Assembly (NCBI RefSeq): GCF_006345805.1
Contig: NC_043013.1
Location: forward strand, 14,446,001-14,510,000
Reading direction: 5' to 3'
Origin: Octopus sinensis
Taxonomy: Eukaryota
DNA: 64,000 nucleotides
Below are positions 51,600 through 64,000 of the stretch, piece after piece. Positions within the stretch are counted from its first letter, which is position 1; every line of letters starts with the position of its first letter. Position numbers and translations under genes: made by a program. The notes under the pieces were generated by a model. The model was not told the DNA's origin. It made no database searches and saw nothing but the letters and a program-made list of their open reading frames with translations.

Positions 51600-54000
51600 T
51601 GAGAAATGATAGGATTTGCAATTCAAACGAAACAAAAAAATTGCATTAAAGGTGTGTGAGAGTGGCGCCAGACGTGGCATGCAGACCATCATATAACTTG
51701 ATTGATATTTGCATTGCGTTTTTATTCTACTCATCTGTTCTTCGAATTCAATGTGCACATACGCATCTTTTTTCCGGCTCCGACTCAAAACTGTTTATAG
51801 ATCATAACCATCTCACCAGCTGCATTCGTGAGGAGCACTTCACGCTCCGATGGTGTGAAATAAAAACTGATGAAGGTAATACCGAAAACTTTTCTGAGGA
51901 ATATGGTAAACAATTTATAGGAATCAATGTCTGTTCATTCGAACGTAGGGAAGCACCAAAAATTCTAGACACCATGATTGTTAATTTGAGTTTAGCTCTG
52001 GTCTCTCATAAACTATTTAAGCTGACTGATCTAAACTATCTTTATCAAGGATTACAAAACCAAATTGAAGTTTTGCGTTTCAGCACCTTCTTGGCATATA
52101 ACGTCGATACAGGTTAAACAAAAATCCGAAATCAGTAACAGGAAAAACGTAATTCACTAGCGGTTCGTTTACAAATACAACAGCTCCGTGAGATCTTTTT
52201 GATTACTGGAGGGTTATACATAGCAGTGAAAAAAAATTGCAATACTGCAATTTAGTTTTCATTGGTTAAGTTTCAGATTTTTTTTTCTTTTTTCATAGTT
52301 TAGTGAAGAGGGGAGATGGCGGTGGATATGGCGTTTGTAAGTTTTTATGGATTGGTGTGATCGATACGGTTAATCATTAGTTTGAAGATTTGTGTGTTGA
52401 TATCTGTTGGGAAAATGGAATCAAGGATTGAATTTCAGTGGCGACCCAATCCAGGCGGATTTAGTTTTAAAAAAGCTCTAAGCACAGGCAGATATTTTAT
52501 ATAAATAATAATTTGAGTTTTAATTTAATAAATCAAATTTAAAGTCAACTTCTGAATGTGATTGAAAAACCAAATAAATAAAAAGTTAGCTATGAAAATA
52601 CAAACTACACAAAAGTGATTCTCTTTTCGGTGTTTTGTCGGAAAACGAAAGAGGACGTCTTCAAAATTCAGGTTTTCATCGCATCATCTATTCATAATAA
52701 TTGGGCTAAATTATCCGGTTTATTGTCTACCAGGGAATTCTTCAGATAAGACTTGATTATCCATAGCTTCAGAAAGTATTCAAGTATTCATTCATAGCCT
52801 ACCGTGTGCTTACAGGCAGTGTTACATCTTCTTGCTGCAGTTCGATCTGTTCGAACGAGAAATCCGTATAGAGATTCAAAATCTCAAGTAAATCGGTTAA
52901 TGAGATCAAAAGGTGTCACTTCCACCCGATGAGTCGCTTTGCATAGTGGAATTCTGACTTCAGGGTGACCAAGTTCAGTTGAAATGTATATGCTATGGCT
53001 TTGAGACAAACAGCGTTCAGAAACTCGGAATTTAGTAATTAAGAATATGAGCGGCTCTCATTCTGCCACCATTTTATGCCGAAAATCGGTGTCAGAGCTC
53101 TAAGAAAATCTGGTTCAATATGACGGTCTCACGGAGAAAATTGATGAAAGGTCCTCTATTAATTTCCACCAGGTTTCCAACGCTCTCCCTGGCCGCCGAG
53201 ATCTCCAAATGCTATGGAAGTTTAGGTTTCTCTGATCAGGTACTTAATCGATGACAAAACTTTCGTTTCGTTTGACATCAAGATGTTTAATGCAAATGGA
53301 TATCGGTTTCGTTGCTGTAGTCACAGCAGTGAAGATTTTTCATATCTTTACAAAAGATATGATTCGTATTAAAACTTGTTTAGAGAAGACGAAGGCGCAA
53401 TATTTCATAAACAAACGTAATAGAAGTACTTGTCTTTAATTTGCTCTCCCATGACTTGATAACCTTACTGAAATAAAGGAGAAATGTCCATAATAAATGA
53501 AAGCTCATAGTGGACAGCATAACACGATCCTGCTGTCAGACCCATAGTGTATTGGACAAGATTTTCGGCTCTGCTGGTTATCTTCGTTTTTCATCTTGTA
53601 AGTACTTGTACTGATGCACTATGAATCGATCCACAAACAGGTAAAGTTGCTGCTGTATGACGAAAATTCCCCGATAGCCTTTACATTTTTGTTAAGGAGT
53701 TATCCACAGCTAGATTCAATTGGTTCAAATACGCGGTGCAGAACGTCTAAGAACGGTTCTGTTTTCGAAATGACCTTTGTTTCATTCAAACTTAATGTAA
53801 AGTTTAAGACTTAGTCAAGTCTTAAGCGAGTAATTCTTTGATTACTGGTTCCATGATTTAAAGAATAATCATTGCGAGTACAATGATATAAGTATTTTGC
53901 TTTTCGTGGTCTCATTATTGTCCCTTCTTGTCAAACGACCGTGAATAGCATCACAAGTTTCTTTCCCAAATGTTTGATATTCCCACCATACACAACCGGC
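51600..54000 (-). mobile_element. Highly decayed L1/Tx1-like ORF2 remnant
   Basis: Scattered minus-strand motifs AEPKILSNTL (cf. NxExKILAxVL) and DRHIEPDFLRALTPIFG (cf. AFDRVxHxFLxxxLxxFG), with many stops. Boundaries are approximate. Confidence 0.45.
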
Positions 54001-54789
54001 TGAGATATAGATTTGGTACATTTTACCCCAATGCATACTTCCGTTTGAGAAAACTTGTTTTAATGAGTGCTTGCTATTACTATTTTGGGCTTTTTCCTAG
54101 AAAATATGGACAACAAAAGGAATATACTCTATTTTGTTGTATGCTGTACTCATTGATGTAATTTAAAAAGCCCTGGATTGGAACTGCGGCAACTTGGGTC
54201 AAACATTATTTATTTTTTGAATTCTGGTTGAAAAAGATTTATTGATTTGTTTGTGGCTAATGTTTTTAAGATGAAACTGCCGCTCACAAAGGCGCCTTTT
54301 CAAATGAAATATTTCCTTATCCTCAAGTCCGCTAGTCCTCCTGTATTTATCACAATACGATCACCTTTATTTCATCTTGCACCTTATTGAATCAGAATCC
54401 TATGAGAATATAACTGTATCATAATGTTCTAATTCTTCAAAACCTGACTCTTTAAGGTCCTTTGGCTCTGAAGAATATTCATTATCTTTGGTTACTTCAG
54501 CAAGGTTCCTTCTTATGAATTAACGTATATCCATATATTGTACTGGGTCTACAATAAAGAATTAACAGCTTGTATGTAAATATTGTTGTTATATAAAATA
54601 ATGACCAAGACGTTTGCCATTTCAGCACCTTGAAACATAAATTTCTCTAACGTTGTTGTATCAACACTAAAGAGAAACGAGCAGTATCATCTCATTATCA
54701 TTATTAAATGAATTATTATTCTTTTCATTTCAAACATTTGGTATCTAAACCTTCCGACAGTTATTTGAATAAAGCTGCTTGTCTTGCAA

Positions 54790-55110
54790 TTCCTCTACCA
54801 GCATGGTTTGTCCTTAGCCAATGATATAAAAATACAAGACACCTTTTACATATTGATATTTTTATCATTATGTGTTTGGCAAAGAAGTGACGCTTTGGAA
54901 ACTATACGAGAGACGGGAAAAGGAAATTACTTAAGGATTCTATTTTCAATGACTGTTTGGAAACTACACAAGTAATTCATTATTTTTAGCTCCTTGCCGA
55001 AAATGTCACACTTAAGAGATACTGGAAATATTCTGTTCTTTTAAATAAAAACTACATAGTCTTCACGAAACTTATCTTTAGGAAGTTTCTTCCACTGTTT
55101 TGATAAAGTT
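54790..55110 (+). pseudogene. Third, more diverged Helitron RepHel fragment
   Basis: Shares CATGGTTTGTCCTTAG...AATACAAGAC...ATATTGATAT...ATCATTATGTGT...TTTGGAAACTA with 32425-32535. Confidence 0.55.
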
Positions 55111-55148
55111 GTTAACATTTTTCACATACATACACACATTCACATACC

Positions 55149-55238
<90 letters not shown>

Positions 55239-55376
55239 TGAGAAAGTTGGTGTTTGAAAGCACGTGGTTGAATATATAGAAAATAGTAAAAAGTGAAAAA
55301 ACTACAGAAGGCTTGTTTTAAAAGGTTAAAAAATATATATTTGAGTCAATATGTCTGAAGAATGTTATAAATTTTG

Positions 55377-55416
55377 AAGAAATGACCGGTTTCGCGTTCA
55401 GCTTTTCAAATTTCTT
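55377..55416 (-). ncRNA. Minimal hammerhead ribozyme with U3-A8 core variant
   Basis: Minus strand: AAGAAAT-TTGAAAA-GC-tgaac-GC-GAAA-CCGG-TC|ATTTCTT. It has a 7-bp helix I, a 2-bp helix II, a palindromic helix III and a GUC site. Confidence 0.7.
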
Positions 55417-55614
55417 ACATCGTTATGTTACGTTGAGAAGAGTTCCAGATAAGGGGAGGTAATAAGTGATTTCTTCCGGTGTAAGGGAGATAATCGCTTA
55501 AAATTTCTTGCCTTTCTTTTGGAGTGAATTTCTCTGTATAAGTATGTTGGAATGGTTAAGTTTGGGCTTGTATTTTTCAATGAAGAATGTTTCCTTGTTT
55601 AGTCAAATTTGTGT

Positions 55615-55654
55615 AAGAAATTTGAAAAGCTGAACGCGAAACCGGTCATTTCTT
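55615..55654 (+). ncRNA. Minimal hammerhead ribozyme with U3-A8 core variant (inverted copy)
   Basis: Identical motif on the + strand, with predicted cleavage after 55647. Confidence 0.7.
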
Positions 55655-55770
55655 CAAAAACTATGTCATTGTATGAAAAAAATTTATAACATTCTTCAGA
55701 CATATTGACTCAAATATATATTTTTTAACCTTTTAAAACAAGCCTTCTGTAGTTTTTTCACTTTTTACTA

Positions 55771-55858
<88 letters not shown>

Positions 55859-56225
55859 GTGTGTTTGTGTGTGTGTGTGTGTGTGTGTATGTGTGTATTT
55901 ATATATTTATATATATACACATATATGTATATATATAGTTTCCTATTTCTCTCGTGGATATGATAACAGACTACGAATAGTCTGCTACTATCATACTCCT
56001 CCCGTATTTTTCTCCTTCTTTCTCTTCTTTTCCTACACCTTCTTCTTCTTCTTCTTCTTCTTCTTCTTCTTCTTCTTCTTCTTCTTCTGCTTCTTCTTCT
56101 TCGCCGTCTCCTTCTAAAGTTACTACTGCTTAAACAATGCTGCTTAAAACTTCAGTACCAACATCCCTCATATTTAGATATTTCTTCAGACCTGCTACTA
56201 CCTACCTGCCGAGCCTTCACAGAAG

Positions 56226-56272
<47 letters not shown>

Positions 56273-56306
56273 AAAGAGAAAGAAAGAAAGAAGAAAGAAA
56301 GAAAAG

Positions 56307-56339
<33 letters not shown>

Positions 56340-56390
56340 CAGAATGTCACACCTATTTGAAACTATGGAAATATTTTTAGAAAACATTTC

Positions 56391-56476
<86 letters not shown>

Positions 56477-56492
56477 TACATATGTATGAATG

Positions 56493-56543
<51 letters not shown>

Positions 56544-57269
56544 TGGTTGCCCCCTCGTTATCGAGTATGGTCATTGCGCGAAGCTTAATCATTGTTGTTA
56601 TCGTGCAATGCCTGTGCAAGAAGATTTTTTTAAGTGAGGAAAGGCTGTGCACTGAGTCAATCACACTCACTAAGCAACAGAAGCCATAATCCGAAAAGAA
56701 AAACAAGTCAACATCATCGGTAACCACTGAGCCGCACGTTTTATGTCGGAGTTATCCCAGTTACCTCAGTTACCTTCTCCTAGAAGGATGCCCTAACAAA
56801 GGCTAGGAGTCCTTCACTCCCAGTGGTTTAACCGCGCGATCGGGTATTCAGTCCGATTATTTCTATGTCCCCGCGCATGATACAGCCTTAAGACATTTAT
56901 TGGATGGCCGTTGACTTTCAAGAGTTCTTCCACCCTTTGACGGGTTTTGTTTTTCATCCCGCAGAATGTCCAATAAACACCCTCCTCACCAAGCAAGCTT
57001 GGTGGGGTTACCGGTTAGTCGCCGACGACCCGACCATGCAACAAGTTGTACAGGGTTACATGTTACCAGTAGCACTCGAAAGTGACATGACATATATATA
57101 TATATATATATATATTTTACTACCCACAAGGGGCTAAACACAGAGGGGACAAACAAGGACAGACAAAGCGATTAAGTCGATGGGTGAAATATTGCTAAGC
57201 ACTTCATCCAGCGTGCTAACGATTCTGCTTGCTCGCCGTCTTCAAATAATAATGATAATTATAATTATA

Positions 57270-58075
57270 ATGCGCAGACTGAGACTGATCCTTAAGTCGA
57301 AATTAAATGGGTGGAATAAGATTCAAGCTATCAAAACCTGGGTGGTTTCACTCCTCAGACATGGAGCAGGGGTAATTGCATGGACAGTAGACGAACTAAA
57401 CAGCTTAGACAGAATGACAAGGAAGTTGCTAACTAGATATGGGATACTCCACTCAAAAGGTGACACAGAGAGACTGTATGAAACAAGAAAAAGAGAGGGA
57501 CTTACTGGATGCGAACACAGCATTAGATCAGAATAAAACAACATAGCATGGTATGTAAAAAATGCCACAGAAGAGCTATTGTTTGAAGTAAGAAGGTCAG
57601 GCTTGTGCAGGATGAAGGATTGCAACGATAAAAGTGATTTAAAATAGGAAACGGAGGCTCTAATCTGTGTTGCCCAAGAGCAAGCACTAACAACAAATTA
57701 CATAAAATACAGAATAGACAATACAGCAGAAAGTGATAAGTGCAGAATATGTGGACAAAACGGTGAAAAAGTATGGCATATTATCAGCCAATGTACGCCA
57801 CTAGCCCAGAAGGAATATGAGACGCCACGACTATATAGTCAGGCTTGTCCATTGGACACTTTGCAACAAGTATGGACTTGACAGAGCAAAATATGGGTAC
57901 GACCACAAACCTGAAGGCATCGTCGAAAATGGAAATGCAAAGATCCTATGGGATTTTATGATTCAGTGCGACCAGGAGATAGAGAATAGGAAGACAGACA
58001 CAGTCTTAATTGTGAAAGAAAACAAACTATGCTGGATCATAGATATAGCATGCTCAGCTGACAACAAGGTGTGCG
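57270..58075 (+). mobile_element. Dong/R4 LINE 3' fragment, cut off by the satellite
   Basis: Reads LKSKLNGWNKIQAIKTW, DTERLY, TEALICVAQEQALTTNY, CRICGQNGEKVWHIISQC, RRHDYI, ILWDFMIQCD and CWIIDIAC. It is preceded by an AAT-rich tract. Confidence 0.85.
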
Positions 58076-61000
58076 GTTTGAACCGGTTTGTCGGCACCGT
58101 ATTACATCTTTGTCGGCATACTCCTTGATCTCTATCGGCACCGCCTTTGATCTCTGTCGGCACCATCTTTGATCTCTGACATTCCTGACATTCCTGACAT
58201 TCCTGACATTCCAGACATTCCTGACATTCCTGACTTTCCTAACATTCCAGACATTCCAGACATCCCTGACATTCCTGACATTTGAACCGGTTTGATCAGG
58301 CTTGATCCAGTTTGAACAGTTTTGATCCGATTTCAAGCGGTTTGATCCGGTTTTATCCGGTTTGAACCGGTTTAATCCGGTTTGAACCGGTTTGTCAGCA
58401 CCGTATTTGATCTTTGTCGGCACACTCCTTGATCTCTATCGGCACCGTCTTTGATCTCTGTCGGCACCATCTTTGATCTCACATTCCTCACATTCCTGAC
58501 ATTCCTTACATTCCAGACATTCCTTACATTCCAGACATTCCTGACATTCCAGACATTCCAGACATTCCTGACATTCCTGACATTCCAAATATTCCTTACA
58601 TTCCTGACATTCCTGACATTCCAGACATTCCTGACATTCCTGACATTCCTGACTTTCCTGACATTCCAGACATTCCAGACATCCCTGACATTCCTGACAT
58701 TTGAACCGGTTTGATCAGGCATGATCCAGTTTGAAACGTTTTGATCCGGTTTCAACCGGTTTGATCCGGTTTTATCCGGTTTGAACCGGTTTGATCCGGT
58801 CTGTACCGGTTTGTCGGCACCATATTTGATCTTTGTCGGCACACTCCTTGATCTCTATCGGCACCGTCTTTGATCTGTCGGCACCATCTTTGATCTCTGA
58901 CATTCCTCACATTCCAAACATTCCTGACATTCCAGACATTCCTGACATTCCTTACATTCCTGACATTCCTTGCATTCCTGACATTCCTGACATTCCAGAT
59001 ATTCCAGACATTCCTGACATTCCAGACATTCCAGACATTCCTCACATTCCAGACATTCCTGACATCCCTGACATTCCAGACATTCCTGACTTTCCAGACA
59101 TTCCTGACATTTCAACAGGTTTGGATCGGTTTAATCGAGTTTGAACCGGTTTGATTCGGATTTATCCGGTTTGACCCGCATTGAACCGGTTTGAACCGGT
59201 TTGATCTGGTTTGAACCGGTTTGTCGGAACCGTATTTGATCTTTGTCGGCACACTCCTTGATCTCTATCGGTACCGTTTTTGATATCAGTCGGCACTGAC
59301 TTTCATCTCTGACATTCCTCACATTCCAAACATTCCTGACATTCCAGACATTCCTGACATTCCTGACATTCCTGACATTCCTGACTTTCCTGACATTCCA
59401 GACATTCCAGACATTCCTGACATTCCAGACATTCCTGACATCCCTGACATTCCAGACATTCCTGACATTCCAGACATTCCAGACACTCCTGACATTCCTG
59501 AATTTCCTGACATTCCAGACATTCCAGACATCCCTGACATTCCTGACATTTGAACCGGTTTGATCAGGCTTGATCCAGTTTGAAACGTTTTGATCCGGTT
59601 TGAACCGGTTTGATCCGATTTGAACTGGTTTGATCCTGTTTCAACCGGTTCGATCCGGTTTGATCCGGTTTGATCCGGTTTGAACCGGTTTGTCGGCACC
59701 GTATTTGATCTTTGTCGGCACACTCCTTGATCTCTATCGGCACCGTCTTTGATCTCTGTCGGCACCATCTTTGATCTCTGACATTCCAGACATTCCTGAC
59801 ATTCCAGACATTCCTGACATTCCAAACATTCCTGACATTCCTGACATTCCTGACTCTCCTGACATTCCAGACATTCCTGACATTCCTGACATTCCAAACT
59901 TTCCTTAGATTCCTGACATTCCTGACACTCCAGACATTCCAGACATTCCTGACATTCCTGACATTCCAGACATTCCAGACATCCCTGACATTCCTGACAT
60001 TTGATCGGGTTTGATCAGGCTTGATCCAGTTTGAACCGTTTTGATCCGGTTTCAACCGGTTTTATCCGGTTTGAACCGGTTTGATCGGGTTTTGACTGGT
60101 TTGTCGGCACCGTATTTGATCTTGTCGGCACACTCCTTGATCTCTATCGGCACTGTCTTTGATGTCTGTCGGCACCATCTTTGATCTCTGACATTCCTCA
60201 CATTCCTGACATTCCTGACATTCCAGACATTCCTGACATTCCTGACATTCCTGACATTCCTTACATTCCTGACATTCCTTATATTCCTGACATTCCTGAC
60301 ATTTCAGACATTCCAGACATTCCTGACATTCCAGACATTCCTGACATTCCAGACATTCCTGACATTCCAGACATTCCTGACTTTCCTGACATTCCAGACA
60401 TCCCTGACATACCTGACATTTGAACCGGTTTGATCAGGCTTGATCCGGTTTGAACTGTTTTGATCCGGTTTCAACCGGTTTGATCCGGTGTGATCCGGTT
60501 TTGATCCGGTTTGAACCGGTTTGATCCGGTTTGAACCGGTTTGTCGGCACCGTATTTGATCTTTGTCGGCACACTCCTTGATCTCTATCGGCACCGTCTT
60601 TGATCTCTTTCGGCACCATCTTTGATCTCTGACATTCCTCATATTCCTGACATTCCTGACATTCCAGACATTCCTGACATTCCTGACATTCCAGACATTC
60701 CAGACATTCCTTAAATTCCTGACATTCTTACTTTCCAGATATTCCAGACATTCCTGACATTCCAGACATTCCAGACATTCCTGACATTCCAGACATTCCT
60801 AACATCCCTGACATTCCAGACATTCCTGACATTTCAGACATTCCTGTCATTCCAGACATTCCTGACATTACTGACATTCCTGACTTTCCTGACATTCCAG
60901 ACATTCCAGACATCCCTGACATTCCTGACATTTGAACCGGTTTGATCAGGCTTGATCCAGTTTGAACCGTTTTGATCCGGTTTGAACCAGTTTGATCCGA

Positions 61001-62710
61001 TTTGAACCGGTTTGATCCGGTTTCAACCGGTTTGATCCGATTTCATCCAGTTTCATCCGGTTTGAACCGGTTTGATCCGGTTTGAACCGGTTTGTCGGCA
61101 CCGTATTTGATCTTTGTCGGCACACTCCTTGATCTCTATTGGCACCGTCTTTGATCTCTGTCGGCACCATCTTTGATCTCTGACATTCCTCACATTCCTG
61201 GCATTCCTGACATTCCAGACATTCCTGACATTCCAGACATTCCTGACGTTCCTGACATTCCTGACATTCCTTACATTCCTGACATTCCTGACATTCCAGA
61301 CATTCCTGACATTCCTGACAGTCCAGACATTCCTTACATTCTAGACATTCCTGATATTTGAACCGGTTTCATCCAGTTTCATCCAGTTTGAAACGGTTTG
61401 ATTCTGTTTGAACCGGTTTGATCCGGTTTGATCCGGTTTGAACCGGTTTGATCGGGTTTGAACCGGTTTTATCCAGTTTGTCCTGGATTGAACCGGTTTG
61501 AACCGGTTTGATCTGGTTTGAACCGGTTTGTCGGAACCGTATTTGATCTTTGTCGGCACACTCCTTGATCTCTATCGGTACCGTTTTTGATTTCAGTCGG
61601 CACTGTCTTTGATCTCTGACTTTCCTCACATTCCAAACATTCCTGACATTCCAGACATTCCTGACATACCTGACATTCCAGACATTCCAACATTCCTGAC
61701 ATTCCTGACATTCCTTACATTCCTGACATTCCTGACATTTGAACCGGTTTGATCAGGCTTGATCCAGTTTGAATGGGCTTGATCCGGTTTAAACCGGTTT
61801 GTCCGATTTTAACCGGGTTGATCCGGTTTGAAACGGTTTGATCCGGTTTGAACCGTTTTGATCCTGTTTGAACCGGTTTGTCGGCACCGTATTTGATCTT
61901 TGTCGGCACAGTCCTTGATTTCTATCGGCACCGTCTTTGATCTCTGTCGGCACCGTCTTTGATCTCTGACATTCCTCACATTCCTGACATTCCTGACATT
62001 CCAGACATTCCTGACATTCCTGACATTCCTTACATTCCTGACATTCCTTACATTCCTTACATTCCAGACATTCCAGACATTCCTGACATTCCTGACATTC
62101 CAGACATTCCAGACATTCCTGACATTCCTGACTTTCCTGACATTCCAGACATTCCAGACATCCCTGACATTCCTGACATTTGAACCGGTTTGATCAGGCT
62201 TGATCCAGTTTGAACCGTTTTGATCCGGTTTGAACCGGTTTGATCCGATTTGAACCGGTTTGATCCGGTTTCAACCGGTTTGATCCGATTTCATCCGGTT
62301 TCATCCGGTTTGAACCGGTTTGATCCGGTTTGAACCGGTTTGTCGGCACCGTATTTGATCTTTGTCGGCACACTCCTTGATCTCTATCGGCACCGTCTTT
62401 GATCTCTGTCGGCACCATCTTTGATCTCTGACATTCCTCACATTCCTGGCATTCCTGACATTCCAGACATTCTTGACATTCCAGACATTCCTGACGTTCC
62501 TGACATTACTGACATTCCTTACATTCCTGACATTCCTGACATTCCAGACATTCCTGACATTCCTGACATTCCAGACATTCCTTACATTCCAGACTTTCCT
62601 GATATTTGAACCGGTTTGATCAGGCTTGATCCAGTTTGAAACGGTTTGATCCCGTTTGAACCGGTTTGATCCGGTTTGAACCGATTTGATCGGGTTTGAA
62701 CCGGTTTGAT
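58075..62710. repeat. Three-block higher-order satellite (~300-550 bp monomer, 11 units)
   Basis: Each unit has (GACATTCCW)n 9-mers, (TTGAWCCGGT)n 10-mers and a ~90 bp conserved block. Block starts are at 58090, 58394, 58813, 59223, 59692, 60103, 60543, 61094, 61530, 61880 and 62342. Confidence 0.95.
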
Positions 62711-63246
62711 CTCCTTAGGGACACCTCGTTGATCTCTTTCGGCACCCTCTTTGATCTTTTTCGGCACCCTCTTTGATCTCTTTCGGCACCCTCTTTGATA
62801 TTTTTCGGCACCCTCTTTGATCTCTTTCGGTACCCTCTTTGATCTCGTTCGGGACTCCTCTTTGATCTCTTTTGGCACCATCTTCGATCTCTTTCGGCAC
62901 AAGCTTTGATCATTTTCGGCACCCTCTCTGATCTTTTTCTGCACCCTCTTTGATCTTTTTCGGCACCCTCTTTGATGTTTTTCGGCACCCTCTTTGATCT
63001 CGCTCGGGACTCCTCTTTGATCTCTTTCGGCACCCTCTTTGATCTCTTTCGGCACCCTTTTTGATCTCTTTCGGCACCTTCTTTGATCTCGTTTGGGACT
63101 CCTCTTTGATCTCTTTCGGCACCCTCTTTGATCTCTTTCGACACCCTCTTTGATCTCTTTCGGGACTCTTCTTTGATCTCTTTCGGGACTCCTCTTTGAT
63201 CTCTTTCGGGACTCTTCTTTCATCTCTTTCGGCACCCTCTTTGATA
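62710..63246. repeat. 21-22 bp minisatellite (TTTGATCTCTTTCGGCACCCTC)n
   Basis: About 24 degenerate copies, related to the subrepeats in the satellite's conserved block. Confidence 0.9.
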
Positions 63247-64000
63247 TCTTTATATATATCTTTATATATATAAAACTGAGAATGTCTGTCTGTCTGTGTG
63301 TTTCCCTAATACTTGAGAACTACACAAACAATTTCATTCAAATTTTACACCCGCCTTACTCAGGGTCCGGGGAGTGTCGTCGACAAAAATATTTTTAACC
63401 TTTTGCCTAGGGCGAGCCCGCAGCTATATCATATCTTCTCCACTACGATTCCCTAAAACTTGAGAACTACACAATCAATTTTCATTCAAATTTTACACAT
63501 GTAGTTTCATGGGCAAAAGAAATGTTCACCTTCTTGCCTAGAGCGAGCCCATAGCAATATCATATCTTCGCCACTATTTCAGTATTACGTGTTAAAAGTG
63601 AAACAAAAACATTTCTCTATTATATGTCAGATACTTTCACTTTAACAATAAAAATAATAATAACTATTGAATTATATGTAGTAAGTAATAATTAAAATAA
63701 TTAAAAAAGTATAATATAATCGTAACTTTAAAAAAAGTAAAAATAGTAATTGGTATAAAATTGCATCAATGACTTGAACTTGAATAAGTGGTTTCACATG
63801 AATGCGAATAAATTAAAAAATAAATTTGCGTGCAGAAATGTAATAGTCCAGATGGATAAAAGTAAATCAAAGAAAATACTATTGTCTATAAAGTATACAA
63901 TGTAGAGAAAACAGCAGATTTGAACCCACGGCGGAAATTTATTCTTTGAGTTATTAGTAAGTTTATATATATTTTTGCTCTTGTACTGTTATCTCTGTTA
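63247..64000 (+). mobile_element. Helitron-like element, 5' end; runs off the window
   Basis: A|TCTTTATATATA(x2)TAAAACTGAGAATGTCTGTCTGTCTG is a typical Helitron-N start with a GTCT microsatellite. There is an internal ~150 bp duplication (63300-63450 vs 63450-63590). Confidence 0.65.

Larger units (their letters stand above)
55278..55776 (-). mobile_element. Penelope-like element 3' end with an inverted pLTR
   Basis: The minus strand reads LNKETFFIEKYKPKLN (GIY-YIG C-terminus). Inverted arms are at 55278-55419 and 55612-55776, embedded in (TA)n/(CT)n. Confidence 0.8.

Noticed and set aside
56750-57085. GC-richer segment resembling a LINE-associated repeat
   Set aside because: No family-diagnostic motif could be identified confidently, so it is left unannotated.
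58075-63246. CRISPR-like array or repetitive protein gene (MSGMSG, ECQECL, RNVRNV frames)
   Set aside because: The spacers are themselves tandem 9- and 10-mers rather than unique sequences, the context is eukaryotic with no cas genes, and the 10-mers shift frame so no long ORF persists.

Overview
AT-rich, microsatellite-saturated animal genomic DNA. The (TACA)n/(TA)n tracts and the SINE and LINE families look like those of octopus/cephalopod genomes; this is inferred from recall, not from a database search. Most of the window is a transposon mosaic: mariner/Tc1/DD37D, piggyBac, Chapaev3, Helitrons, RTE, R4/Dong, Tx1/L1 and Penelope-like elements (PLEs). One host gene is supported. It is a + strand, probably secreted protein with three PAN/Apple domains, built from phase-1 exons at 38830-38865, 39427-39684, 47616-47846 and 50964-51160. 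The most notable signal is a set of type-I hammerhead ribozyme (HHR) motifs in direct/inverted PLE-type repeats, the intact ones all with minimal palindromic helix III. These include a young ~1.2 kb element with no evident ORF, carrying two tandem HHRs 583 nt apart (retrozyme/circRNA-like, 32993-34225), and a pair of HHRs with a compensatory U3-A8 catalytic core (55377-55416 and 55615-55654). Other highlights are a cluster of (TAA)n-associated Dong LINEs inside the PAN gene intron, a 5.2 kb three-tier CpG-rich higher-order satellite (58075-63246), and a tandem array of a composite TE unit (5155-13830) with a Helitron inserted. All folds, alignments and splice models were made by eye.
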